A stretch of DNA of 64,000 nucleotides, taken from Longimicrobiales bacterium (lineage in GTDB: Bacteria > Gemmatimonadota > Gemmatimonadetes > Longimicrobiales > Gaopeijiaceae). Positions 18,740-27,145 of this stretch are shown one piece after another. Below the pieces are notes generated by a model. It worked only from the letters and a program-made list of their open reading frames with translations. It was not told the origin of the DNA and searched no databases. The position numbers and the translations under genes are program-made. Position 1 is the first letter of the stretch. Each line of letters begins with the position of its first letter. The stretch is taken from positions 1,120,001-1,184,000 of the forward strand of contig OZ220732.1 of assembly GCA_965116905.1 (NCBI GenBank), in the 5' to 3' direction.

Positions 18740-19777
18740 TCAGCGGCTGAGGGTGTACACGTAGGCGGCGACCGCGCGCACCTGCTCGTCGGTGAGCGGC
18801 ATGCCCGCGCGGGGCTGCATGAGCCCGGGGTGCTCCACGGGCTGGGGCACCCCGGTCATGATGACGTCGACGATCGATTCGTACTCGCCGTCGATGTTGA
18901 GCCACACGTCGTCCGTGAGGTTCGGAGCCAGCGGTCCGCCCGTGCCCTCGCGAATGTGGCAGGTGAAGCAGATCCCCGTGTTGCCGTTGAAGATCTCCTG
19001 TCCCTCCTGGGCCATCGCGACCGTGACGCCCTCCGGCAGGATGGATGGGTCGACATCGAGCGGCGCGAGCGGCGGCGGCGGCGGGGCGGGCGCCCTGCGG
19101 GGCAGCCGCTGCATGGTCATGATGTAGGCGGTCACGTCGTCGATGCGCTCGTCGGTGAAGCCGGTCATGGCGGCGCGCATGTTCGCCCCGAAGCCGTCTC
19201 CGCCTGCGCCGCGGACCCCGTCCCGGTACTTCCGCAGCGACGAAGCGATGTACCAGTCGCCCAGGTGGAGCAGCGCGGGGGCGGCGAGCGTCTCCATGCC
19301 CCTGCCGTCCCGTCCGTGGCAGTTTGCGCAGAGCAGCAGGTAGTCCTCCTCGCCGGTCTCCACGTCGCCGTCGGTGGTGGCGGGCGGGTCGGGGATCGGG
19401 AGGCTGTACACGTACGCAATGACCGCCTCGATGTCGTCCTTCTCCGCGATCAGCGCCCGCGACATCGGACGCATCCGCAGCCCCTCGGCGTCCATGTAGT
19501 GATAACCGCGCTGGCCGCTGCGGAACTTGTCGATCTGGGTGTTCAGGTACCACTGCGAAGCCCCCGCGATCGCCGGCGCCCCCAGGATCTGGTCGCCCTC
19601 GCCCTCGTCGCCGTGACAGGGAGCGCAGGTGTCGAAGAGCTGCTCACCGCGAGCCACCAGGGCGTCCGCGCCGCTGCAGGCTGACATGATTGTCGAGAGG
19701 ATCGCCGCTGCCACGGCTGGACGGAAGGATGAATGGGCTGGACGGAAGGATGATTGCCCTGTCAGGAACCGCGTCAT
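18740..19777 (-). CDS. Tri-heme c-type cytochrome lipoprotein (c4-like di-heme plus a third domain)
   Basis: Lipobox MSAC; CAPCH, CANCH, CFTCH; Pro-rich linker; GAGGA RBS. Confidence 0.92.
   Translation of the reverse strand: MTRFLTGQSSFRPAHSSFRPAVAAAILSTIMSACSGADALVARGEQLFDTCAPCHGDEGEGDQILGAPAIAGASQWYLNTQIDKFRSGQRGYHYMDAEGLRMRPMSRALIAEKDDIEAVIAYVYSLPIPDPPATTDGDVETGEEDYLLLCANCHGRDGRGMETLAAPALLHLGDWYIASSLRKYRDGVRGAGGDGFGANMRAAMTGFTDERIDDVTAYIMTMQRLPRRAPAPPPPPLAPLDVDPSILPEGVTVAMAQEGQEIFNGNTGICFTCHIREGTGGPLAPNLTDDVWLNIDGEYESIVDVIMTGVPQPVEHPGLMQPRAGMPLTDEQVRAVAAYVYTLSR
19715..19756. repeat. In-frame 21-bp tandem repeat x2 in the cytochrome c signal region
   Basis: ggctggacggaaggatgaatg / ggctggacggaaggatgattg. 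Confidence 0.85.
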
Positions 19778-19827
19778 GAGTCCTCGCCCCGGCGGGCTGT
19801 TGGTCCGGTAAATGTGCATCCCTTAAA

Positions 19828-19858
19828 GTCGCCAATCCGGCGCGCGGATTCTAGCGAC
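19828..19858. other. Hairpin in the intergenic region upstream of the oxidase operon (terminator or operator)
   Basis: GTCGC..AATCCG / CGGATT..GCGAC inverted repeat. Confidence 0.35.
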
Positions 19859-19904
19859 CTGCGTTCCGGCGGGCAATCCCGGGAGGCGGTCCGGCGCGGC
19901 TGGA

Positions 19905-20348
19905 CTACGGCATGAGCGGCGGGCCGCGGCGCAATCTGCCTCGCGTGGTTACGACGATCGCTCCTCCGCTGTACCCCGTGCCGAACCGGATCGTGGCATC
20001 CGCCGCGTTCATGAACTGGATGGTCGCCACGTCCCCGATGGGGATCTGCGCCAGGTCCTCGCGCGTGCTCTGCGCCCGGCCGTCGATCACGACGCCCACG
20101 ACCGGATTCGGGTTCGCGGGAGTCCGGCTGGGCCGCGCGCGAAGCCATTGGGGACGCAGGAGGCTGATCGCCTCCATGACGTCGCCCACCGAGGTTTGCT
20201 GCAGTTCCTCGGGCGTGATCTGGTTCCGCCGGGACGTGGGCCCCGAGCTTTCTCCCGTGGATGCGCACGCTGTCGCGCCCCCGAGCGCGAGAAACGCCGC
20301 GAGGGCGAAGACCGCCGCTCTGCTCCCCAAACCATTGGCTTTCGTCAA
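19905..20348 (-). CDS. Small lipoprotein consisting of a TonB-receptor plug-like domain
   Basis: Lipobox ATAC; ITPEEL..LRPQWL..VVIDG..IQFMNAADATIRFG..GGAIVVTTR. Confidence 0.72.
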   Translation of the reverse strand: MTKANGLGSRAAVFALAAFLALGGATACASTGESSGPTSRRNQITPEELQQTSVGDVMEAISLLRPQWLRARPSRTPANPNPVVGVVIDGRAQSTREDLAQIPIGDVATIQFMNAADATIRFGTGYSGGAIVVTTRGRLRRGPPLMP

Positions 20349-20352
20349 GACT

Positions 20353-22314
20353 CTACTCCTTCCGTGCGGTAACCACCGGCAGCACGACGTGGGAAAGGCG
20401 GCCGGGCGAGTGATGAACCGTATTGCGCGCGATCACCCACTGCGTCTCGTCGTAGTTACTACCACCGGTGTTCAGATTGCGTTCCCAGCGGGGGAAGCTC
20501 GAAGAGGTGACTTCGAGGCGGATCCGGTGCCCCGGCAGGAACTGGTTCGCCGTCGCCTGGAGGTCGATCCTGACCTCGTACACTTCTCCCTCCTCCATCC
20601 AGACCTTGCGGTCGTAGCCCTCGCGGTAGCGGGCCCGCTGGATACCCTCTTGGACGTTCACAGGGGTGCCATCGGGTTGCACGTCCACCAGCTTGGCGGC
20701 GAAGTCGGTGTCGCGCGCGTCCGAGGAAACATGCAGGACCAGTTCGAGGGGGCCGGTCACCTCCAGCGCCTCGGCGAGCGGCTCCGACGTGTAGACCAGA
20801 ACGTCGTCGCGGTCCTCCACGGCCGACTGGTCGAAGCCGCCGGCGGGGGCGTCCGCGGTGCCGGTGCAGCAAACGGGACCCCCGATCGTGGGGACGGGGT
20901 CGTCGGGGTCGTAGAGGAAGACGTCGGCGGGCTGCTCGGTGGCCGGGGGCTCCCAGGAGAGCCGGCCGTCGCCGTCGCGGGTGTTCGCGTTGCCGCCGCT
21001 GTGCAGGTACATGGGGCGGAATTCGGTGCCCTCGACCGGCCAGGAGTCCGCCGACCGCCACTCGTTGGCCCCCATCAGGTAGTACTGGAGACGCGGCATG
21101 CCTTCGAAGTCGGTGCCCTCAATGCCAGCGCCTTCAATGCTTGCGCCCTCAATGCCATCACCCCGCAGCCAGTGGTCGAACCAGCGGAGGTAGATGTTCC
21201 AGTAGTCGAGGCGGGCGTCGCCCAGGTCGCGTTCGCCGACCAAGGTGCGGGAGGTGGCGATCTCCGACGTGCAGTGGTCGGTGGGCGAGATGATGGCGAA
21301 CTGGTTGTTGCGGCCGCGGTCGGACTCGGCGTTGTCGCCGAGGAGGTTGAAGAGCTTGAGGGTCTCGGAGACGCCGAGGTCGTACCAGGAGTTGACGTGC
21401 AGCGCGGGCACGTCGAAGCGGTCCTCGTCGCTGACGTAGCCGATGTGGTCCCACCAGGGGTCGCCGGGCTCGTGGGAGACGAAGGCCTCGAAGTCCGTGG
21501 GAGGCGCGCCGGCCGCCTTCAGCATGTCGATGTATGGCAGGGTCCGCCACGCCGCCTGGAAGTCGAGTTCGCCGGGGTTGGGCGCCGGATTGATCATCTC
21601 CTCGACCTGGAGCATGACCTCGCGCGGCGTTCCCGGCGGAATGCGGTAGAAGACCTTGGTGCCGGCGCCGCGGAACCAGCCCAGGCTGGCGGCCAGCTCG
21701 GTCACGCCCCCGAAGACGACCCCGAAGTAGCGCAGACTGCCGCCGGCGGCCTGCGGGAGGGCGGCCGCGTGGTTCGGATTGCGGGTGGCGGCCAGCTGCA
21801 TCTGGTTTTCGCCCAGGTAGGAGCAGCCGTAGGTGCCGACCCGCCCGTTCGACCATGGCTGTTCCGCGAGCCAGGAGACCATGTCGAAGCCGTCGCGCCG
21901 GTCGTCGCGCGAGACGAAGTACTCGCCTTCCGACTGGTACCGGCCGCGCATGTCCTGCACTGCGACCGCGAAGCCGTGGCTCGCGAACCAGCGGGCGGCC
22001 GAGCTCTCGCGGCGGTGCGGCATCTTGCTGTAGGGGGTGCGGATCTGGATGACGGGAAACGGCTCCGGGGCGCCCACCGGGAAGTAGAAGTCGGTGGCCA
22101 GGCGGACGCCGTCCCGCATGGGGACCATGTGGGTGGGATCGAGGCGGACCTCGTAGGCGCCTTCGGGCCGGGGGAAGGGGCCCTCGGCGTCTGTGGCGGG
22201 CGGCGTGCCGGAGGGCGGCGTTCCGGCGGAGTCGCAAGCGGCCGCGAGCAGGCCGATGGCAGAGAGGGCCGCGAGGAGGACGAACGCTGTCGGCGGTGGG
22301 CGCTGGTCAGTCAT
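20353..22314 (-). CDS. CocE/NonD family hydrolase (lipoprotein)
   Basis: MRDGVRLATD, RTPY, RGRYQSEG, GCSYLG, WYD, C-terminal PepX_C-like domain. Confidence 0.93.
   Translation of the reverse strand: MTDQRPPPTAFVLLAALSAIGLLAAACDSAGTPPSGTPPATDAEGPFPRPEGAYEVRLDPTHMVPMRDGVRLATDFYFPVGAPEPFPVIQIRTPYSKMPHRRESSAARWFASHGFAVAVQDMRGRYQSEGEYFVSRDDRRDGFDMVSWLAEQPWSNGRVGTYGCSYLGENQMQLAATRNPNHAAALPQAAGGSLRYFGVVFGGVTELAASLGWFRGAGTKVFYRIPPGTPREVMLQVEEMINPAPNPGELDFQAAWRTLPYIDMLKAAGAPPTDFEAFVSHEPGDPWWDHIGYVSDEDRFDVPALHVNSWYDLGVSETLKLFNLLGDNAESDRGRNNQFAIISPTDHCTSEIATSRTLVGERDLGDARLDYWNIYLRWFDHWLRGDGIEGASIEGAGIEGTDFEGMPRLQYYLMGANEWRSADSWPVEGTEFRPMYLHSGGNANTRDGDGRLSWEPPATEQPADVFLYDPDDPVPTIGGPVCCTGTADAPAGGFDQSAVEDRDDVLVYTSEPLAEALEVTGPLELVLHVSSDARDTDFAAKLVDVQPDGTPVNVQEGIQRARYREGYDRKVWMEEGEVYEVRIDLQATANQFLPGHRIRLEVTSSSFPRWERNLNTGGSNYDETQWVIARNTVHHSPGRLSHVVLPVVTARKE
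21115..21159. repeat. In-frame 15-bp tandem repeat x3 in the CocE gene
   Basis: gccctcaatgccagc / gccttcaatgcttgc / gccctcaatgccatc. Confidence 0.8.
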
Positions 22315-23272
22315 AGGTCGTTGGAGTTGGAGATAGGTTCAACATCTCGCGTGCCTGCGCGGGGGTGGCGACCTCCCGATTCAGCTCGTGGATGATGCGC
22401 ACCGCGCGTTCCACAAGCTGCCGGTTGCTCTGTGCCTTCTCGCCCCGGCGATAGTAGACGTTGTCTTCCAGCCCCACCCGGACATGGCCGCCGAGCATGG
22501 CGGCGAGCGTCGTCATGGGCAGCTGGTGGGGCCCGATGCCCGAGGTCAGCCACACCGTGTCCTCCGGAAACTCGCGGACCATCTGGAGCACGTTGTCGAC
22601 GGTCGGCAGGCTGGACGTCTGGTACCCCATCACGGTCTGGATCCAGTAGGGTTTCTCGACGAGCCCTTCGTCTATCAGGAAACGGATGACCCAGCCGCCG
22701 CCAGGGTGGTAGGTCTCCAGCTCCGGCTTGATCCCGCGCGCCTTCATTTCGGTGGCAAAGTGCCTGATCTGGTGGTAGGAGAAGGGCAGACACTCGTCGT
22801 AGATCATTTCGGGCCGCGGATCGGGAAGGGGCGCGGGCCTGGCCGGGATCCGGAAGCGGCTCATGTCGGGGGTGAGGTTCAGCGACGCGACCTCGGGACG
22901 GGCGTCCAGGCACTGCAGCCGCTCCTCGTTGGTCATGTCGGGGCCGCCGCCGGTCGTGTCGTTGATGATGATGTCGGGGCACGCCTCGCGGATCTTCGCA
23001 TTGACCTCCAGCCAGCGTTCGGTGGTGACCGCGGGCCGCGTGGGGAATTCCGCCTGCCGGGCGTGGACGTGCACCATGGACGCGCCCGCCTCGTAGGCGC
23101 CCGCCACGGACTCGGCGATCTCCTCCGGCGTCTCGGGCAGGTTCGGATTCGACTCCTTCCCCTGGATCCCGCCGTTGCAGGCGACGCAGATGATCGTGGG
23201 CGGCATGCGGCCGACCCGGGCGAGGTACTGATGAGCGTCGGCGTGGTTCCAGCGGTCGTGAAGATTGGCCAT
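22307..23272 (-). CDS. Beta-keto acid cleavage enzyme (Kce/BKACE, DUF849)
   Basis: NPNLPETPEEIA, HVHAR, TTGG, PEVASLN, KPELE, GGHVRVGLED. Confidence 0.93.
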   Translation of the reverse strand: MANLHDRWNHADAHQYLARVGRMPPTIICVACNGGIQGKESNPNLPETPEEIAESVAGAYEAGASMVHVHARQAEFPTRPAVTTERWLEVNAKIREACPDIIINDTTGGGPDMTNEERLQCLDARPEVASLNLTPDMSRFRIPARPAPLPDPRPEMIYDECLPFSYHQIRHFATEMKARGIKPELETYHPGGGWVIRFLIDEGLVEKPYWIQTVMGYQTSSLPTVDNVLQMVREFPEDTVWLTSGIGPHQLPMTTLAAMLGGHVRVGLEDNVYYRRGEKAQSNRQLVERAVRIIHELNREVATPAQAREMLNLSPTPTTYD

Positions 23273-23421
23273 CGGGCGGGGTTCCGGAGGAGCGTTTGTG
23301 TGACAAGGGCGGTGTTCGCGGTGTAAAGTGCGCTTGTCAGTAACAGTATTGACGCATGCGGGCGCACGCACGAGGGGATACCACCGCCACGCGCGCGGAG
23401 AGCGCCAGGGGAGGAGCCGCC

Positions 23422-24378
23422 ATGTCCAGCCCGGTCGCCGTCGTCGGTACCGGTGTCGTCGGGAGAAGCTGGATTCGCGTCTTTGCGCGGGCCGGCTTCC
23501 CCACACGGGTCTACGACCCCGACCCGGAGCAGCTGGCGCGGGCGGTGGCCTGGGCCCGCAAGTCCGCGCTGGACGATGTCCACCTGGGCCTCTGTGCCTA
23601 TGCCGAAGCCAGGGCGGAGGAGCACGGGATCACGGTTTGCGAGACCCTCGGCGAGGCGCTGGACGGGGTGACCTACGTGCAGGAGAGCGGCCCCGAGGAG
23701 ATCGCGGAGAAACGATCGATCCATGCGGCACTCGACGCCGCGGCAGCACCCGAAGTGGTCCTGGGCAGTTCCACTTCAGCGCACGACATCACGGACATCG
23801 CGCGGGGCCTGCCCGGGGCGGGGCGCTGCATCGTGGCGCATCCCGTGAATCCGCCGCACGTGATCCCGCTTGTCGAAGTCCTCGCAGGCGCGGACACGCG
23901 CCCCGGCGTCACGGCCTCCACGTTGGCGCTTCTCCGCCAGGCCGGCATGGCCCCGGTCGTGCTCGACCGCTACGCGCCCGGCTTCGTCCTCAACCGGCTG
24001 CAAGCCGCGGTGTTGCGGGAAGCGGTCTCCCTCGTCAGCGCGGGCGTGGCTTCACCCGAGGTGGTGGACGTCGTCATGCGGGAGGGGCTCGGCCTCCGCT
24101 GGGCGCTGATGGGACCGTTCGGGACCGGCCACGTGAACGCGGACGACGGCGTCGGCAGCTACTACCGCACGTACGGCGACGCCTACCGCGCGATCTGGAA
24201 GGATCTCGATCCGGCCCCCGACTTCGGCGACGACCTCATCCACGCGATCGACGAGAGCATCACGGCGATGTACGGCGAGGACGCCGTGGCGGCGCTTGCA
24301 GCCTGGCGAGACCGCATGGTACGGCGAATCCTGCAACTGAAGGCGGCGGATCCGGCACCCGGGCCGGCCGATACTTAA
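23422..24378 (+). CDS. 3-hydroxyacyl-CoA dehydrogenase-family NAD-dependent enzyme (lambda-crystallin/carnitine dehydrogenase-like)
   Basis: GTGVVGRSW Rossmann, QESGPE, SSTS, AHPVNPPH, GFVLNRLQ, GLGLRWALMGPF; GGAGG RBS. Confidence 0.9.
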   Translation: MSSPVAVVGTGVVGRSWIRVFARAGFPTRVYDPDPEQLARAVAWARKSALDDVHLGLCAYAEARAEEHGITVCETLGEALDGVTYVQESGPEEIAEKRSIHAALDAAAAPEVVLGSSTSAHDITDIARGLPGAGRCIVAHPVNPPHVIPLVEVLAGADTRPGVTASTLALLRQAGMAPVVLDRYAPGFVLNRLQAAVLREAVSLVSAGVASPEVVDVVMREGLGLRWALMGPFGTGHVNADDGVGSYYRTYGDAYRAIWKDLDPAPDFGDDLIHAIDESITAMYGEDAVAALAAWRDRMVRRILQLKAADPAPGPADT

Positions 24379-24387
24379 CAATATTGT

Positions 24388-25761
24388 TTAGCGTATGCCC
24401 GCGCCGCCGCCCTCCTCACTCAGGAACCAATCGAGCGCCCAGTTCCAGTCGATGCGTTCGCCGTACCACAGGGTGGTTCCGGGCCAGACCTCGATGTCCG
24501 GCCGGTCGTGCCAGCGGGTGAGGCCGAAGTCCTGGGGTGCGGGTGGCGGGCCGTTCGCCACTGCCGCTTCCCCATTGCCGTCGGGCAGCAAACCGCCGAT
24601 GTCCGGGGCCTCGGGCGCTTGCGGCATGCGCACCCCCAGCGGGTTGAAGAACCGCGGCACGCCCCCCTCGTCCATCTCCACCTGCCAGCCCCCCTCGTGG
24701 ACCGCGCGGTGATGGAGCGGGCAGAGCAGCACGAGGTTGTTCATGGCCGTGTCGCCGCCCTTGGCCCAGGGGAGGATGTGGTGGGCGTGGGTGCGGAGCC
24801 GCGATCCGCATCCGGGGAAGCGGCAGCCGCCGTCGCGTGCGTCCAGCGCCTTGCGGAGCCGCCAGTCCACGGTCCGCCGCCGCCGTCCCACGTCGAGCAC
24901 ACAGCCCCTCCTTCCCCGCCTGATCGGCACGACTTCCGCGTCGCTGGCGAGCCGCAGAGACGTTTCAGCTGAAACGCGCACGCCCTCTTCCGTGACCACG
25001 CCGGCCGCGGCTCCTCCCTCCTCGAACGAGTGGACGACGAGCTGGACCTCGGGCTTCACTTCCTCCTCCAGCCACAGGCCCAGGGCGTCGGCCCGGCGCT
25101 GGTTGGCGGTGGTCCTTTTGTGGGTGCCGGCCTCGCGCTGCTCGCGGTAGAGCTTCCGTTCGGCCACCTCGAGCGCCCGGAGCAGCATGCTGCCCACCTC
25201 GGGACTGAGCCGGCCGCGGATCTCGTAGTTGCCGTCATCGCCGGTGTAGAGGTAGAGGTGCCGGCGCTCGGCGCTCTCGGCCTGGTCGTCCGCGCTCCGG
25301 CTGAGCCTGCGCAGGTTGCGGACGAGGCGCTCAACGTGGGCGGTGGTGCCGTGGTCGGCGAAGGTGAGGAGTTCCTCCTCGTTCTCGGGCGTGGCGACGC
25401 GGGTCAGGGCCCGCGCCTTCGAGTAGGAGAGCTTCCCGCTGGACAGGGCCTTGGAGATCCGGGGCAGGGAGGCGAGGCAGCGGGCGACGCGCATCTTCTC
25501 GCGGGCGGGCCCGATCGAGATGCCGGTGCGCCAGGAGAGCCAGTGGGCGCAGGAGCGGAAGCCCTGCCAGCGCCCCTCTTCGTCGTAGGTCCTGAGCAGG
25601 CAGAGGAGCCGGTAGGTGGCGGCGTTGATGTGCGCGCAGAGCGTGGCGATCTCGTCGCCGAGCGGATCGGCGAGCGAGTTGGTGTTGGAGGAGGGGGAAG
25701 GGGCGGGCTGGCCGGCGGCGGAGGAAGTGGAGGCGGCGGAGGAAGTAGCGGAAGTAGGCAT
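24388..25761 (-). CDS. DUF222 plus HNH endonuclease protein (13E12-repeat-like)
   Basis: SCAHWLSWR, G.LSYSKARALTR, QRRADAL, RDGGCRFPGC, HAHHI.PW..GG.T..NL.LLC..HH. Confidence 0.92.
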   Translation of the reverse strand: MPTSATSSAASTSSAAGQPAPSPSSNTNSLADPLGDEIATLCAHINAATYRLLCLLRTYDEEGRWQGFRSCAHWLSWRTGISIGPAREKMRVARCLASLPRISKALSSGKLSYSKARALTRVATPENEEELLTFADHGTTAHVERLVRNLRRLSRSADDQAESAERRHLYLYTGDDGNYEIRGRLSPEVGSMLLRALEVAERKLYREQREAGTHKRTTANQRRADALGLWLEEEVKPEVQLVVHSFEEGGAAAGVVTEEGVRVSAETSLRLASDAEVVPIRRGRRGCVLDVGRRRRTVDWRLRKALDARDGGCRFPGCGSRLRTHAHHILPWAKGGDTAMNNLVLLCPLHHRAVHEGGWQVEMDEGGVPRFFNPLGVRMPQAPEAPDIGGLLPDGNGEAAVANGPPPAPQDFGLTRWHDRPDIEVWPGTTLWYGERIDWNWALDWFLSEEGGGAGIR

Positions 25762-25822
25762 GCTTGTCTGATCCCGAAGTCTGGGGGGGGCGCGTTGTGG
25801 TCTCACTTTCTTATACCCCACA

Positions 25823-25843
25823 GTTCGGGAAATGTTCGGGAAA
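25823..25843. promoter_or_regulatory. GTTCGGGAAA direct repeat (GTTC-N7-GTTC, LexA-box-like) upstream of the HNH gene
   Basis: Copies at 25823-25832 and 25834-25843; candidate minus-strand -10 TATAAG at 25810-25815. Confidence 0.5.
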
Positions 25844-25996
25844 CGGGGGAGGGCATTCGATCCGACGCGGCCACCGACCCGGATACTAAACATTTTGGTT
25901 AAGTATCTCTCCACCCGAGCCACGGTGGGCCGCGAGCCAACACTTGGCCGGGCACCGCCACGCGCCGCGAACCGCCACCCCACCGCCAGCCCCCCC

Positions 25997-26983
25997 TCAG
26001 TACACATCCAAGTCCGCCGCGGACACCACGCGGCCCGTATATCCCGCTTCACGGATCTCCCGCAGCAGGTCCTCGTCCGTCGCACCCCAGTAGAGCTGGT
26101 GGTACATGACCAGGAGCGACGGGCGGGCGCGCGCGGCGATGTCCGCAAGCTCCACCGTGGACGTGTGCGAGTCGGCATGATACCGCTGCCACTCGGGCGG
26201 ACGCCCCTGGAACGTCTCGGCCGAGTAGACCTCGTGGACCAGGATGTCGCATCCGTCGCAGGCGTCGACCAGCGACTCGCTGGGCCGCGCGTCCCCCGAG
26301 ATCACGATGGTGCGGGCCGGGGCACCGTCGGGCCCAAGCGCTTCGAAGCGGTAGCCGAGTGAGTGGGGCCACGACCCGTGCATCACGGGAATCGCGGTGA
26401 CGCGGACGTTGTCGTCCTCATAGACCGGGCCCCCCGTGGTTTCCGTGACCGGGGACCGGTATGCGTCGAGGTTGTAGTCGTGCGGCTCGAGCCCGAAGAG
26501 GCGCATGTGCACGTCTTCCTCCCATGCCTCCTGTACGTGCTCGACCATGTTGGCCGTCCCGGGCGGGCCGAAGATCAGGATCGGGTCGGGGCGCTCCAGC
26601 ACCCAGGGCGAGAAGATCACGTCCGGGAGCCCCACGGTGTGGTCCGAGTGGAGGTGTGTCAGGAAGAGGCGGTTGAGCCCGCTCGGTGCCAGAGCCTCGA
26701 TACCATGCCTGGCCGAGGCCGCGGCGGCGCGGCGAACAATGCCGGGCCCGGCGTCCACCAGGTAGGCCCGCCCCCCCGCTACAACGGCAAGCGCCGGTCC
26801 CGAGCGGTCGGGGTCCGCATTGGGCGTTCCCGTGCCGAGGATGACGAGTCGGATCTCGGCCGCCGGGCCGGCGGCGGTCGCAGTGTCGGCGGCGGCCTCC
26901 TGTGCGGAGACGGGCGTCGGGACGGCGACGGCCAGGGCGACCGCGGCCAGGGCGACCGTGGCGAGGGCGTCTCTGGTGTTCAT
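25997..26983 (-). CDS. Secreted MBL-fold metallo-hydrolase (RNase Z/ElaC/AtsA-like)
   Basis: LGTGTP, DAG, THLHSDH, SGD, HE, HT, YH; signal peptide; AAGGAG RBS. Confidence 0.9.
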   Translation of the reverse strand: MNTRDALATVALAAVALAVAVPTPVSAQEAAADTATAAGPAAEIRLVILGTGTPNADPDRSGPALAVVAGGRAYLVDAGPGIVRRAAAASARHGIEALAPSGLNRLFLTHLHSDHTVGLPDVIFSPWVLERPDPILIFGPPGTANMVEHVQEAWEEDVHMRLFGLEPHDYNLDAYRSPVTETTGGPVYEDDNVRVTAIPVMHGSWPHSLGYRFEALGPDGAPARTIVISGDARPSESLVDACDGCDILVHEVYSAETFQGRPPEWQRYHADSHTSTVELADIAARARPSLLVMYHQLYWGATDEDLLREIREAGYTGRVVSAADLDVY

Positions 26984-27011
26984 GCGAGGGCTCCTTGCTG
27001 CCGCTTGAATC

Positions 27012-27025
27012 GTGAAACGTTTCAC
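27012..27025. promoter_or_regulatory. Perfect 14-bp palindrome, LacI-family operator-like
   Basis: GTGAAACGTTTCAC in a divergent intergenic region. Confidence 0.5.
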
Positions 27026-27145
27026 AAGCCCAAGCTGCCGTGCCGGAGGTCCGCGTGCAAAGGGGGCGGCGCGCCAGGTGCTTGCCTGCCCGGAGCGCGC
27101 TTCCGAGTATGTCCCTCCAGCGCAACCGCAGCCGGAGACCCCAAC

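Larger units (their letters stand above)
24370..25907. mobile_element. Putative 1538-bp HNH cassette bounded by 22-bp imperfect inverted repeats
   Basis: 24370-24391 GATACTTAACAATATTGTTTAG vs reverse complement of 25886-25907 GATACTTAACCAAAATGTTTAG (19/22); no target-site duplication or transposase seen. Confidence 0.55.

Noticed and set aside
19715..19756. Short direct repeats considered as a mini CRISPR array
   Set aside because: Adjacent in-frame copies with no spacers and no cas genes
19912..22395. 827-aa plus-strand ORF and many other long alternative-frame ORFs (e.g. 83-1546, 2050-3579, 16804-18564, 32259-34019, 41421-43697)
   Set aside because: They are antisense or off-frame shadows of genes with clear motifs, expected in GC-rich DNA with few stop codons; no motifs of their own
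24370..25907. Classical IS element, integron array or chromosomal dif site
   Set aside because: No DDE/HUH transposase or integrase, no target duplication, no further attC-like sites, and a poor match to the XerD arm TTATGTTAAAT
27012..27025. parS site
   Set aside because: The half-sites are in the opposite order to TGTTTCACGTGAAACA; it fits a LacI-type operator better
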